A stretch of DNA of 60,451 bases, counting the filler, from Jimgerdemannia flammicorona (taxonomy: Eukaryota), in NCBI GenBank assembly GCA_003990765.1. It is 3 parts of 3 records of this genome, joined end to end, with 100 filler letters (N's around TTAATTAATTAA, not from the genome) between each part and the next. Parts side by side here need not be neighbours in the genome. Positions count along the whole stretch, not along the records: positions 1 to 20,086 come from RBNJ01001765.1; 2 more parts are not named here. The stretch is one strand, 5' to 3'. Position numbers and translations under genes: made by a program. Positions 1 through 14,846 of this stretch are shown piece by piece. The notes under the pieces are model-generated. The model was not told the origin of the DNA, ran no database searches, and worked only from the letters and a program-made list of their open reading frames with translations. The stretch's first letter is position 1. Each line of letters begins with the position of its first letter.

Positions 1-467
1 GAAGCTCCTGTCCTGGTGTGACCAGACTTTACAAACCATTCATCCTGGCAACTGATGCCTCAGCCTTAGGACTTGGATCAATTCTGTCTCAGCAAGATGA
101 CCAGAAGAGGGAGCATGTTATCGAATATGCTAGCAAGGCCACAAATGAAACACAAGTGAACTATGGAGCCACTAAGTTGGAATACCTAGCAGTAGTTTGG
201 GCTGTGGACCACTTCTGACACTATCTCTTGGGAAAGAGATTTGCTCTCATCACTGACCATCAAGCTCTACAATGGTTGTTCAACAAGCCGGAGCTCTCAG
301 AAATCTTCACTAGATGGATCATGTCTCTGCAAGAATATCAGTTCACTATTGTCTACAAGAAAGGTACTAAGAATTCCAATATTGATACCCTGTCAAGAAT
401 CCCGTGAAACCAACAAGAAGGGAAGGAGTCCCCACAAGAGAAGGCTGCTTCCCACTCACCCAAATGA
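1..467 (+). pseudogene. RNase H end of the RT-RNaseH ORF of Gypsy family A
   Basis: One frame from ORF 18..218 through NIDTLSRIP. TGA at 216 and 405 are probably CGA decay; final TGA at 465-467. Confidence 0.85.
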
Positions 468-1947
468 ACCAAGAATTGCACCTCGCCCTTACCTGGAGTC
501 TGCACTATAGAAGCTTCAAGAAAGGAATCCAACCAGCTCACAAGTTGTTTATCCAAAGGAATTTCAAGAAATTCCAAGAAGGCAATGGCGAACTTTGGAG
601 AGTAGAAGGAGAGCAGTATACCCAAGTTCCAAGAGAGGAAGAAATATTGAAGATCCTGACAATAAATTATGACCAAAATGCATACCAAGGAATTGGCGCT
701 ACAATCGCAAGAATCAAGAAGCAATACTGGTGGCCCAAGATGAGAAAACAAATTTCAACATATATTCAACAATGTGATACCTGTCAAAGATACTGACAAA
801 AGCCTACTGACAGAGCACCATTAATACTGATCGCAGCACAGCTGGAGCCTTTCAAAGACTGGAAATAGACATTATTGGACCCCTACCAGTAACCAGCCAA
901 GGAAGACACTACATCCTCACTATCGAAGACCACCTGACAAAATGGCCTGAAGCCTTTGCCATTGAGACTGCCGATGCCCAGACAATTATTGAGATCCTGT
1001 ATGATGAAATTTTCAGCCACCATAGTGTGCCCAAGGAAATCATTATGGACCAAGGCTGAGAATTCGTCAACCAAGCCATGAAGACCTTTGCAAGCAACTT
1101 CAAGATCAAGCTACAACCAACAACAGCCTACTACCCACAGGTAAATAGACTCACTGAACAAATGAACCAGACCATCAAGTGAGGTCTCAGTAGAACCAGA
1201 GATCAACTAAACTGGGATATCTATTTACCAGCAATTCTGTTCAGCATCTGTACCTCTAAGGCAACCACTACCCAATAGACCCCCTTCTATTTGGTGTATG
1301 GCTGAGAAGCACAAGATCCTACTGAACCAGTCCAGCTAGATCTGTCAAAATGAGTCACAGAAGAGATCATCTGGTTATACGACATATGCCAGCAAGCACA
1401 AGGATTTATCGCCAAGGCACAAGAACGACAAAAGAGGTACTATGACCGCAAAGCTGACCTCGAACCCCTGCTCATTGGACAAAAGGTTCTGGTGTATCAT
1501 ACCATCATAGAAGGAAATTGGAGTACCAAGTTTGAACCAAAATGGGAAGGCCCCTATCTCATATACCAAGTATTCTCGAACCACACTTATTAACTCAAGA
1601 CCTTGGATGGAGTTATACTCAAGACCAAGATACACTGCAACCACATAAGACTCTACTACTCAAGAGAAGCAAAACGCATTTGAACAATCCTGTTCACTCT
1701 ATCTGTGTCATCTCCGCCGGAGATACAATGGACGTTTCACTCAGAACTCAAGAAAGCCAATAACATTGGAACCAGACTCAAGCCCATCTACGTGATAGAC
1801 ATTGTTACTAAGAAATTGCCTTGGATTACAAGAAATACTATTTCCGATAGGTTCAAACCCCCAGCCATGACTATAGGAGCCCTCGCCTTAGCCAAGGATG
1901 GCCAGTCCTCACAAATGCACCGACATTCTGCTCATCCCTGGAGTTAA
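464..1947 (+). pseudogene. Separate integrase ORF (MNQEL start) with ~90-aa C-terminal extension
   Basis: ATG 464 is in a different frame from RNase H. A 1-nt deletion near 865 and several nonsense codons; after that shift the integrase frame runs on into ORF 1705..1947. Confidence 0.8.
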
Positions 1948-2214
1948 GACCACCCTACTCTGTGTAACCCTCACTGCTGAGGATGGCTCTAATTTTGCAA
2001 GGGGCAGATGTGACGTATACAATTAACAATGGAGTATCGGTGACTGCTAAGATCAGACAACATAATGGCATAACAATTGAATAGACAGCCTGACCCATTA
2101 GGTGATCACCCCAAAAGGAGCAATGATAATCTGAGCTAAAAGGAAGACTATGTTATTTAAAGAACCATACTCCGCCTCAGGAATCAGTACCAAAGAACAA
2201 ATACCCACCATACA

Positions 2215-3027
2215 ATGCCTCCTATCCACCGCCCCAACCAGACCTCCTGCCGCTCTTCCCCCTTGCCTGGCCCAAAGACTCTAATCCTTGAAGCTATCAA
2301 GAAGGCTATTTAGTGCCCAGACACTTCTGAATATCTGAACTTTTATACTGAGGATCTTAAACACTTCATCAATTACCAGTACATAATGACCCAATAGCTC
2401 AAAGATACCACTGAATGAATGACCCTCTGGTATGATTACGAAATTGGATACCACCTTCATAATGAAACCCAAGAAGGTGACCAGGAAGACCTCATTGCCG
2501 AAATGTTAACCACCAGCCAGCTAATCAAGAGAGCCCTCCGTGTCCACCAAATCTTCCACCATATTCCCTGGGCTATAGCACACTTACAAGGAGTGACTGC
2601 TGGAAGTCTTGCCCGTCTCTCAACTGAAGATGCAGACTGGATAGAATCAGAAGTAGCTGACTCTATTGGTAGTAACTGGGTCACTGTAGGAAGCCAACAA
2701 ACTGAGCCCACTCAACCAGGCTTTCACACCACTCTACTCCGAGACAACTATCAAGATCACCTAATGAGTCTCATGGAAATCTTTGAAGGACCACCCATTA
2801 CCATTACAACATCTGTTGGAGCAACCCCAACTACTCACTACCCTGTCAGCTACAATTTACATCTCATCATTTGGGAACTAAATCAAGAAGTCCCAGAAGT
2901 CTCTACCAATACAGAAACTGAAGGATCTGAGGAAGAAGAAGAGGAGGAACAAAGAATCTACCAATCCTCTATCCACCTTCAAGCAGTCCAAGGGTTGGAA
3001 AATGTCATCGAAGATGATTGGCCATAA
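2215..3027 (+). pseudogene. LTR-encoded accessory ORF (~270 aa, acidic C-terminus), unknown function
   Basis: ATG 2215 is in frame with ORF 2419..3027. Its three internal stops are sense codons (W, Q, R) in the second copy at ~58230-59097. Confidence 0.75.
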
Positions 3028-3196
3028 TTCTACCCCCTCACCTCCTGGCCGGCACTCCCACCCTTTGAAGAATGGGATGAAGAAGTCACAACCCAGCAAG
3101 ATGATTGGATCACTGACGAAGGGTACTTTACCATTCAGTGATCCCATATCCATTTCCTCAGTCCGGTCAGCCAACATTTGTCAGCAAGTCAGCAAT

Positions 3197-3480
3197 ACCC
3201 GTTTTTAGCAATACTACCCACAACATCCATATCCAGCACTAGCACTCATCTTATCCCAATTCGGTGCAAACAATTATCACACCCATTTTCAGCGATACCA
3301 CCCACAACATCCATATCTAGCACTAGCACTCATCTTATCCCAATTCGGCGCAAATAATTGTCACACCCGTTTTCAGTAATACCACCCACAACATTCATAT
3401 TCAGCACTAGCACTCATCTTATCTCAATTTGGTGCAAACAATTGTCGCACCCATATTCAGCAATTGAACCACCACAACAT
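3197..3480 (+). repeat. 84-bp tandem repeat, three units plus a partial, in LTR U3
   Basis: Unit starts at 3197, 3281, 3365 and 3449. Confidence 0.92.
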
Positions 3481-4399
3481 AGTATACCTTAGCCCCCCCC
3501 CCCATAGCTAGCAAATTTGTATAAATAACCCTATATCTTAGAGTGAATAAACCTCAGTCAGTTTGTATTTAAAAGTAAAAAGGATTACAGAGAAACCTCA
3601 CTGCCTCTAAGAGACCGGATAAATTCTGAGAACAAGATAACTAGAGTAACAATTGCTTGAGGTTTGAGTTAAAGAATTTTCTCTTACCATGGAAAATGTT
3701 CAAGATTCGCCACTAAGGAAAGCCACACGAAAAGCTGTTCAGTTCAGTTTAAAGACCCGCTGCTAAAGGAAAGCTGCACAAAAAACTGCCAACTGCCACT
3801 GAGATCCCACCAGCCCAACCATCATACATTTGACCCAACCATCATGCATTCGATCCAACTGCTGTGCATTCAGAACTAACTGCCATTCGAGGTTCAAGAC
3901 CACACATTTGAGATCTACCATTTAAATATTAAGACCCCAGCCAAGGAACCCAAGGATACTTAGCTTAGGAAAGCCAGCACCGTCGTCATTCACCTAACAA
4001 GTCAGATGGACAAGTTCCCCTTTTACCTGCTGCGCCACAAACCGTATACATTCAAGAAGTAATTCGCTACTAGGAAAATTCATCAACCACTAAACAACCG
4101 AGCCTCCACTGTACGAATCGGATGAACCAATCACATGACCATTGACCCACAACCGTCGCAAACGCACTCAGTCATATATCATACGCTCTACCAAGTGGCA
4201 CATTGAGCCATGCTTGAAGCAACTAGGGATACAAACCACACACCACAATATATATAAAAGAAAGAGTAATTATAGTAGATAAATAGAGTATCAGACTAGT
4301 GATTCAGTAGGATCTTCTAATTGATGCAGAGCAGTTAAGTGATAGGTATTACTTTTAGCAACTCTCTTTTTTTTTTTTAATTTTTTTTTTTATTTTTAT

Positions 4400-4980
4400 C
4401 TCTCAGCAGCTCTCAGTAATATATGAGGTTAGACTTTAGTTATTGGGATTATTGAGAGGTCTGAGACTACTCAAATCAGATATCTTTACTATACTTAATT
4501 GGAATAGAGAGCTAATAGAGCAATGTGATCAAGGTCTATAGACTTGAGTAGTAAAATATTAGGGGTCTTCTCTCACTTTATATATAAGTTCTCTACTTAT
4601 CTTATTGAGAAGAATCAGATCCTACTCACTATTCTATTTTTTTTTGAAAGATTTTTCTTTATTTATTATTCTATTTGGAGTGATAGGAGCTTTGTAAATC
4701 AGCTCAAGCATGGCCTTATATATATATTGGGGTTTTGAGCATATGTCTTTAGTTGTGGACATATAGTTACTTTCCCTCTAGTAATAGGAAGAGTATGATA
4801 TATAAAATAAAATATAGACTAATATAAGCCCTACTATACCTAGTATAGTTGAGCTACTAGACAATAGCTAGTTAAAGTTTATGGAGGGGTAGTGCTCAGA
4901 GTGAAGGTAGGGGAGGATTTTCACTATATAGTTTAGATTCTCTTCTAATAAAAATCTACAGAACTTGAGTCTATTAAATA
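4400..4980 (+). mobile_element. Degenerate, 5'-truncated copy of the poly(A) retroelement at 36586-37799
   Basis: AGCCCTACTATACCTAGTATAGTTGAGCTACTAGACAATAGCTAG aligns with AGCCCTACTGTGCCTGGCATGGTCGAGCTACTGGACAATAGCTAG near 37607; same AATAAAAAT end. Left boundary approximate. Confidence 0.75.
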
Positions 4981-5059
4981 TATATATAGTTATACTAAGT
5001 CATGCTAGATAGCTTCTGAATAAAAATACATATCACAGTGGTTAAGTAATGCTGGTTAA

Positions 5060-5215
5060 GTAATAGTTTACTGTGATCTGCATGCTGTGGCTCAATGTTC
5101 AGAGAGTTTGGTATGTTGTTTTCTGCACTTTGCTCATCTCGCTCGTATGTCATCAATCATTTATATCACTCATTCATGACGTTATCACTGTAGTGATGTG
5201 ATCACCGTTCGCGCC
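5060..5215. repeat. Degenerate fragment related to the putative LTR at 39046-39610
   Basis: Colinear shared blocks TGTTCAG..GTTTTCTGCA, CACTC(A/G)TTC(A/G)TGAC and GTGATCACC with 39270-39385. Confidence 0.5.
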
Positions 5216-6244
5216 TCATGTCATTCCTTGAAGTTCGTGAATTCCTTGAAGTTTGTGAAAATCGTTCATTCTATATATAATTCTATTACATCAATATTTT
5301 GATCTACCAATTCTTTAACTATCTTCTTAATAACCAAAAGACATCAAGTTACTCAGCTCTATAGCCACATTAAGCAGCTATCTCATTAGAAAATACTACT
5401 CTAACTGATTTCAGACTGAGTCTAATGCGAAATTGTCGTTGTGATCCATCTGGATATTTGTATATTTGGAGACTAAAGTTAAATTGCATAGCAATCAGAC
5501 CCCCCCTTTCAATGGGTCATAGCCACAACAATGAGCTTATTATTATTATTATTTATACCACCTTTTGCCCTGAAAAAATGGTGAGCGCGCTATAAAAGAA
5601 TGTTACTGTATGGTTTTTAAGGCATTAGCGAGGGCGTAAGGATGCTGGCTTGGTGACGTATGGTTGGTGCCAGAAATTGAAATTGGATGTGGCGTGATTT
5701 TTGGTTTGTTTGTTTTGTTTTTGAACAAATGGGACACTATTTTTCAAAAAGGTACTAATCCTGATAGGCCATTTGAAAAATTGCGCCCCAAATAGGCTGG
5801 AATGAAAAATTCGCCTTATCGGTTGTTTTGACAAGCCTGTGACGAAACTCTCGAGTCGGCCTGTCGGGTTGCCCATTCAATTTTGAACTGGATATTATGA
5901 GAGGCAATATGCAAACAACCCTTCTGCGCTCCTCACGAGCTTTGCCATGCACCAACAATCGTTGCGGCGACCCCTGATTTATGTACCAACGGTGGTATCA
6001 GGAAGATCATTCTCAAGAACAGTCTGGAGTAAATGCAGGCGCCGATAACCAATTAGACGTAAAGCCATAAAAAAATCTGGTGATGTACCTAAAAGGCGAG
6101 ACATGGATAAATTCGGTCTTTGTCACGTTGGCAATCTTTTACTCGCATCATTCGACCTCGAAAGACAGTTATAAAAAGGCTAAACAACACCTAAAGCTCC
6201 TCATGTCTCTCAATTAAAAGAAAAAAAAAAAAAACACTCAAATA

Positions 6245-6955
6245 ATGAACGACAAACCCATCGTTGAAAGTTCCTCCACGCTCAATAACCTCGCCGCCAT
6301 CGAAATGAAGGGCAGCTGCTATAGCTCGCAACCCGTACTCCCGAATCAGTATGCTGTCCGCGCAGGCAACCCTGGCCCGCTGGGCCTCTTCTCCTTCGCC
6401 CTTGTGACGTTTGTCCTCTCGGTCTTCAACGTCGTTTGGCCTGACGCCCCCAACAACGCCCTCATCGTTGGCGGCATCTTCTACGGTGGTATCACCCAAT
6501 TCATCGCCGGCCTCCTTGACTTCCAGCACGGCAACACCTTCTCCGCCACCACCTTCTGCTCCTTCGGCGCCTTCTGGACGGGCCAGGGCTTCCTCATGCT
6601 TCCCATCAACTTCAATGCTGCCTATGCCGGCGACACAGAGATGTGGGCACAGGGTCTTGCCGTCTACCACTTGGGCTGGGTCCTTTTCACCTACATGATG
6701 TTCGGTGCGAGCCTCAAGCTCAAGAAGGGGTCCGTCCTCCTCAGCATCCTGCTATTCCTTGTGGGCACCACCATGCTCATGCTCGCCGTGAACATCTGGA
6801 CAGGCAACACCATCCCCAAGAGAATCGCCGGTGTTACGGGTCTTTTGGCCGCTTTCGGTGCATGGTATGCTGGTCTTGCCGAAATCGTGGTCGAGGATGG
6901 CATGACCTTTCCCGTGGGTGCACATAACACCGTCGTTGTTCATGAGCGCGTGTAA
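6245..6955 (+). CDS. GPR1/FUN34/YaaH (SatP/Ady2) family acetate transporter, single exon, 236 aa
   Basis: GNPGPLGLFSFA signature, YGGITQFIAG, GNTFSATTFCSFGAFW; about six hydrophobic helices. Confidence 0.93.
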   Translation: MNDKPIVESSSTLNNLAAIEMKGSCYSSQPVLPNQYAVRAGNPGPLGLFSFALVTFVLSVFNVVWPDAPNNALIVGGIFYGGITQFIAGLLDFQHGNTFSATTFCSFGAFWTGQGFLMLPINFNAAYAGDTEMWAQGLAVYHLGWVLFTYMMFGASLKLKKGSVLLSILLFLVGTTMLMLAVNIWTGNTIPKRIAGVTGLLAAFGAWYAGLAEIVVEDGMTFPVGAHNTVVVHERV

Positions 6956-7941
6956 TGGTAATATTAGACATCCAAACGCTTTGGCAAGGATATGCCATTG
7001 GGAACATTAATCTCTATAACTTCAATGTAAATATTGCCAATAGTCTTTAGTAGATAGGTCGGCGCCCTCGAAAAATTATCGGTATACTTAGCATTGTAGA
7101 TTGTGCACTGTCTTCTAACGTAAAATAACCCTAAATTTGACAAATATTTTGCACTTCAATCTGCTCTTGGCTCGGTTTAACGACACGGCTCTACAAATTT
7201 CGTCAAAAAAAAAAAAAGGTCAAATCACAGTCAGCAATGGATGAAGGCTACCATGGCTACCAAATGACGCACAAACTTCTATCTGAACCCGACATCACAC
7301 CATCTACCATAATCCACAGGGGCCGATCAGTCGTTTCGGTGGTGCCACTCACACCATGCTCCTCCTATCCCCATCTCTTTGCAGGTACCCCGAATCTCAC
7401 TCCGCGGCTACCCTACAGGGCTGCCGTGCCACGCTCCCCATACATTTCAAACAATCCATTCAAAGTCCCTACACTCCGACACCTCTCCTCCCCCCCAAAC
7501 TTCGATCAGCCCTCTGCCACTTCTCTCTCTTTCCCATGCAAACGCAATGCCTCACGGACTCATGCCGACAGTGAGTCGGTTCCAACTTCCTACGTTGAGT
7601 GGGTATCCTCCAGCCCGCTCGAGTTGCTACCAGATTCGGTCTGGCGCTCGCTGCTAGGACAGTGTGGCAACCAACAAAAAGATGTTTAGTAGAATGTAGG
7701 AGCAGCAACCGTTTGCCTGAACAACGCGCTATTTAATCAATTGGATTCCATTTAAACGTCGCTATAGCCTTGTACAAAAGCCAGAATGGTGGCCATTGAG
7801 TACTGTGAATATTTACATCTAACATATGCTGATCAATTCTAGTTTACTTTGTATCATCTGTCGAGCGTGCTTATGTATCAACAAATTGCAACCCCTGCAC
7901 CACACCACAACCTAACACTAACCCCCATCTCACACAACTCA

Positions 7942-10868
<2,927 letters not shown>

Positions 10869-10951
10869 GGTCGGTATAGTCGGTATGGTCGGTACATCTT
10901 TGCGAAATGCATTTATTTACTATGTGACTGCCTAATTCCCAAAAAATTCTG

Positions 10952-12648
10952 CTAAACACGTCGCACTGGCAAATAAAACGTCAACGCGCCCCATTGCCCG
11001 TTCTGCCCCGCCCCTGCCGCCTCCCTCCCTGCCTCCGAGTCTTGCTGTGCGGCGGTCGCGGCGCCGACGTACACGTAAAAGACTAGCGCGTAGTTCTCGA
11101 TAATGGCTGGGAGGACGAATTGGAAAACACTTAACCGAATTGAATGTGGTTCGCTCGAAATGGGAATCGAACGATGGCACTTACAGCAGATGACATTCTG
11201 CGGCGCCACGTGATAGCTGTATAGGAACTTGACGAAACTCTTGACATCGACGCGCGCGGACGCGAAAGCGTGCTTGTCGCGTAACCGGGTCGGATATCGT
11301 GAGACGTCTATCTGCATGGGGTCTGGTGATGGAAATGTGTGGGCAGCAGAGATAAAAAGGAGATTAGTTGCAGATCGACCAATAAGACGTTGGCCTCCTC
11401 CTATATCTCTTGTACCAATAGTCACCATCACCTCCCAAACACGCATCCCAAACACCCAACTCACCCAGCTCTGGATTATGCAGTCCCTTATAAAACGTCT
11501 CGACCTGCACCAGATCAGTCTCGACGCGGATGGTGAACTCGCCGTCCATGTTGGCTGAGATGATAACATGCTCGCCCAGCACCTTCATCCGCTCCGCGAT
11601 CGTCCGCAGGCTTAGCAGGTTGGGCATCATAATGTAAACCTTTGCGCAGGGATAAGTAAGAGAATGTTAGCGTGGGTCGAAAGAGAGCACTGGACGTGAT
11701 TGTTTTACCTGTGGCGGAGGGCACACTGGCTCCTTCACTGGTTCCATTTGCTGTGGCGATAGAACCTTGACGGGAACATCTTGGACTAGGTCGAGCTTCT
11801 TGCCGCCCCGACTCTGGGCGCCAGGTAGGATACGATGAGAAACAGAAAATTGTTTACACCATTAACTACCTGACATCAAAGGATTGAATCACATCACCAA
11901 CCTCTCCCCCCCCCCCCCCTCTCAGCCCAACCTCCTCACCGACGCGCTCGAGATGACGAACGACAGCGTCGGCGCCCCCTGCTTCTTGGTGAGCTTCATC
12001 GTCACCTCCGTTGCGTTCTGCGCCGATCGCAGCGCCCGCAGTAGGTATTCGACCATAACCTCGAGGTAGATCTCGTTCTCAGCCACACTCTCGATCCGAT
12101 AGTTCGAGAAGATGGAGTGCTGAGGGCGGCGTTGGTGAGGGTTTGTTGTAGTGAGCAACGATATAGATGTTGAGCGTTTATAGATATAGAGAGAGATTAC
12201 GATGCCTTTATCACACGATGAAGGCTCGGTGGACAATGTGTGTCAATGAATGGGTGAATAATCTTACCACGTTCAACTGTCTGTTTGTCGATGGCATATG
12301 TTCGAGATGGTATTCATAAATAAATAAAATCATCTTTCTCTCTCGTGCCCGGTTTCACGCCAACCACATTACGAGGTTGTTTCGAAATACTCACGACCAT
12401 ACTTGTAACCCGCCCTCGCCGTCGGCATTGACGATGAAGTGCACGCGCTCCGGCGTTAGCTTGAGTAAGCACGTCTTGGCAAACTTCTCTACGATCTGCG
12501 CTACCTCTGCTCACGAATGGAAAGGGTAGGAGGTAAGGTCAGACAGATTAGGTACACACGGCACGGAAACACCGGGGATGTGTAAAGGTCAGTGAGCTCA
12601 TGTACTTGCGAGAGCGGTCGGGTTCGATATGTTTGTGCGCATGCGCAT
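10952..12648 (-). CDS. HUS1: Checkpoint clamp (9-1-1) subunit Hus1, multi-exon with a 13-nt micro-exon at 12268-12280
   Basis: MRMRTNI..., KFAKTCLLKLTPERVHFI, IFSNYRIESVAENEIYLE, MKLTKKQGAPTLSF, LVQDVPVKVL, ISANMDGE, ARVDVKSFVKFL, LTFYLP. Confidence 0.9.
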
Positions 12649-12751
12649 GATGTCGAAATGAGCTGAAAATCTGTCGGCGTCGAAATTAATTTATTAATTA
12701 TATCCTGTCCAAGCCACTCGAAAAAATGCCCATCGTCTCCTTTCGCCGTCC
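12649..12751. promoter_or_regulatory. Putative 103-bp bidirectional promoter between HUS1 and DHFR
   Basis: Divergent ATGs at 12648 and 12752; central AT-rich tract flanked by three TCGAAA motifs. Confidence 0.55.
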
Positions 12752-13469
12752 ATGCCTTCCCCCGTCAAGTTCACCCTCATCGTCGCCGCCACACAGGACC
12801 ACGGCATCGGCCGCAACAACAACCTGCCCTGGCGCCTGCCCCCGGACCAGGCTTACTTCAAGCGTGTGACCTGCCGCATCCCTCGCGACGCTACTTCAGC
12901 CGACGACCTGTTGGGCGCTACGAAGCAGAACGCCGTGATCATGGGGAGACTGACGTGGGAGTCGGTGCCAGTGAAGATGAGGCCGTTGACGGGAAGGTTT
13001 AATATTGTGGTGTCGAGAAATCCGGATTATTTGAAGTATGTTGAAACCCGCGCTTGCTTATTATTACTTGTCACACTGGCAATCGAGCAAGCGCGTCTGA
13101 TCCCACCCTCCCCCTAGAGACACCACTTTCCCCCCTGGCTCCGTTCGGATGGCGTCTTCCCTCTCTTCGGCTCTAGCTCTCGTAGACCCCTTACTCCACC
13201 CACGTATCTACATCATCGGCGGCGCGCAGATCTACCGCGACGCCCTAGCTCTCTCCGAGTGCGAGCACGTGCTCCTCACGCGGATTCACACACGCGTCGA
13301 GTGCGACACCTTCTTCCCGGACGTCGGGGCCGATCCGCGGTTCCGCCGCGCGAGCCACCATGAACTCGTGCGGTTCGTCGAGGAGGACTTGCCGGAGGGC
13401 GTGCAGATGCATAAGGGGTTGGAGTATGAGTATATGCTATTTTCGAGGGTCGAGGAGGTGCAGTTGTGA
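12752..13469 (+). CDS. DFR1: Dihydrofolate reductase, two exons (12752-13035, 13118-13469)
   Basis: LIVAA..GIG...LPW, NAVIMGRLTWES, RPLTGRFNIVVSR, IIGGAQIY, CDTFFP; the GT-AG intron 13036-13117 joins the frames. Confidence 0.96.
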
Positions 13470-14846
13470 ACAATGTTAGCAACTTTCCAATAATAATGAA
13501 AGACGCCAGTCCAGGCCAGTATTGCATTCTTAGAAATGAGTGCAACATTCACGACATCTGTGGGTGGAGAGCGTTTCCATGCTGGTTACGTACGTGTGCT
13601 GGACATGTATGCCCCGCAACGTGCACACCTTGCTGTACCGTGAATGGGAAACACACCCGCGACTGCGATCGAGTTGAGTCCGAGGTGGGAAGTGATCCAC
13701 AGTCTAGTATATGCTCTCTGGGTTCACGCGATTTCGCATACTGTTTTTTTTTTTTTTTTTTTTTTTTTTTGGTTTAACTGTCTACAATACAATACATAGT
13801 TGAAATTACCCAAGGTATATATTCCTGTTGTCTTTCAAAGTATCTGAATTCTGATTTTTGTGTTTAGCAATGTAACCCTCCTTCATCACTGCGACAGCGA
13901 CCTTCTCACAATCCTCCTTCATAACCATTTGTGGGTGAGAAGATCATTCAAATAAAGTTGTACCAACAAGCGTAAGCAAGGCATGTTTGCCAGGTTTAAA
14001 ACGCTGTCTCCTATCTCGCGCAACATTATCCTTTCCAGGGCTAAAAGCAAATAGAAAAATGCACCATCACCCCGACCCACACCCTATCCCTTTGGAACCC
14101 TCGAGGACTATAAGTGTTCAAAAAATGACCGCAAAAACGACCATTACAAATACTTTGTGCTGCGGATCATCACAAGAGCAATAGCAGATGCTTCTTGCTG
14201 GGCAAGGTCGGAATGCGGCAACAAACCAAAAAAAAAAAAAAAAAAAAAACTGACCTCGAACGCATCCATGGCGAGCTTCGCGTTGGCTCCGAGCACACGG
14301 TCGTGCGGGTTGGCAAGCAAGTACCAATCATGTTCGAGTTGGCGACCTTGCGTGAATGGTTGGGCAGGGCTTTCGCAAAAGAAACATCCGCTGGTTCTGG
14401 AGAAAGCCTCCGACGTCGGACTTCACTTGATCCAGTAAGAAGCATCTGGAGGTTGCTCTTGTGATGATTCGCTGGTTCGGATGAAGCTGGTTCCGCGTTC
14501 AAAGATAATGTTTCAACTAAGCTGGATCTTCATGACAGCTCACCGTTGACTCATGTCTTGTTTGCCCTTTTCTCCAATGAACTTTCCCTTCAAACATCCT
14601 CCCTCTCCCCCTTCCCAAACTCAACAGACCGCATTCCACCACGACAATAGGAATCATTGACATGTACTCGCGTATCACATTTTTGAAATTGGCAAAAAGA
14701 AGAAAAGAAACTTACTCCTATTACAATACAAGGTACCATCAATTCCGACAACTCGCGAGCCGCATCCACAGGCATTCACTCTCGTTCTTGCTTAACACGC
14801 AATCACCCGCCTCTTCCCTCTCAACCTCCGCCTTCCTACTATGGCA

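Larger units (their letters stand above)
1..4247 (+). mobile_element. Ty3/Gypsy LTR retrotransposon family A, 3' half (RNase H, integrase, PPT, 2.2-kb 3' LTR); cut by contig start
   Basis: RNase H motifs (LATDASALGLGSILSQ, LEYLAVVWAV, TDHQAL), integrase Zn-binding end (CDTCQR), core (IIGPLP, TAYYPQVNRLTE), tail PKWEGPY. PPT-like AAGGGGCAGA is followed by TG at 2009; LTR ends in CA at 4247. Confidence 0.92.
2009..4247 (+). repeat. 3' LTR of family A (2239 bp) containing an ORF, 84-bp tandem repeats and a TATA/poly(A) core
   Basis: TG...CA ends directly after the PPT. Homology to the inverted copy at 57103-59303 starts exactly at this TG and ends at the CA. Confidence 0.85.

Noticed and set aside
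2215..3027. env gene
   Set aside because: No signal peptide, transmembrane anchor or furin-type site visible.
3197..3480. CRISPR-like array
   Set aside because: Whole 84-bp units repeat with no unique spacers; lies inside a eukaryotic LTR with no cas genes.
7237..7708. 150-aa ORF, or an RNase P/SRP-like RNA
   Set aside because: No recognisable protein motif; ACCAGATTCGGTCT resembles RNase P CR-V but no proper GGAA CR-I partner was found. Unresolved and not called.
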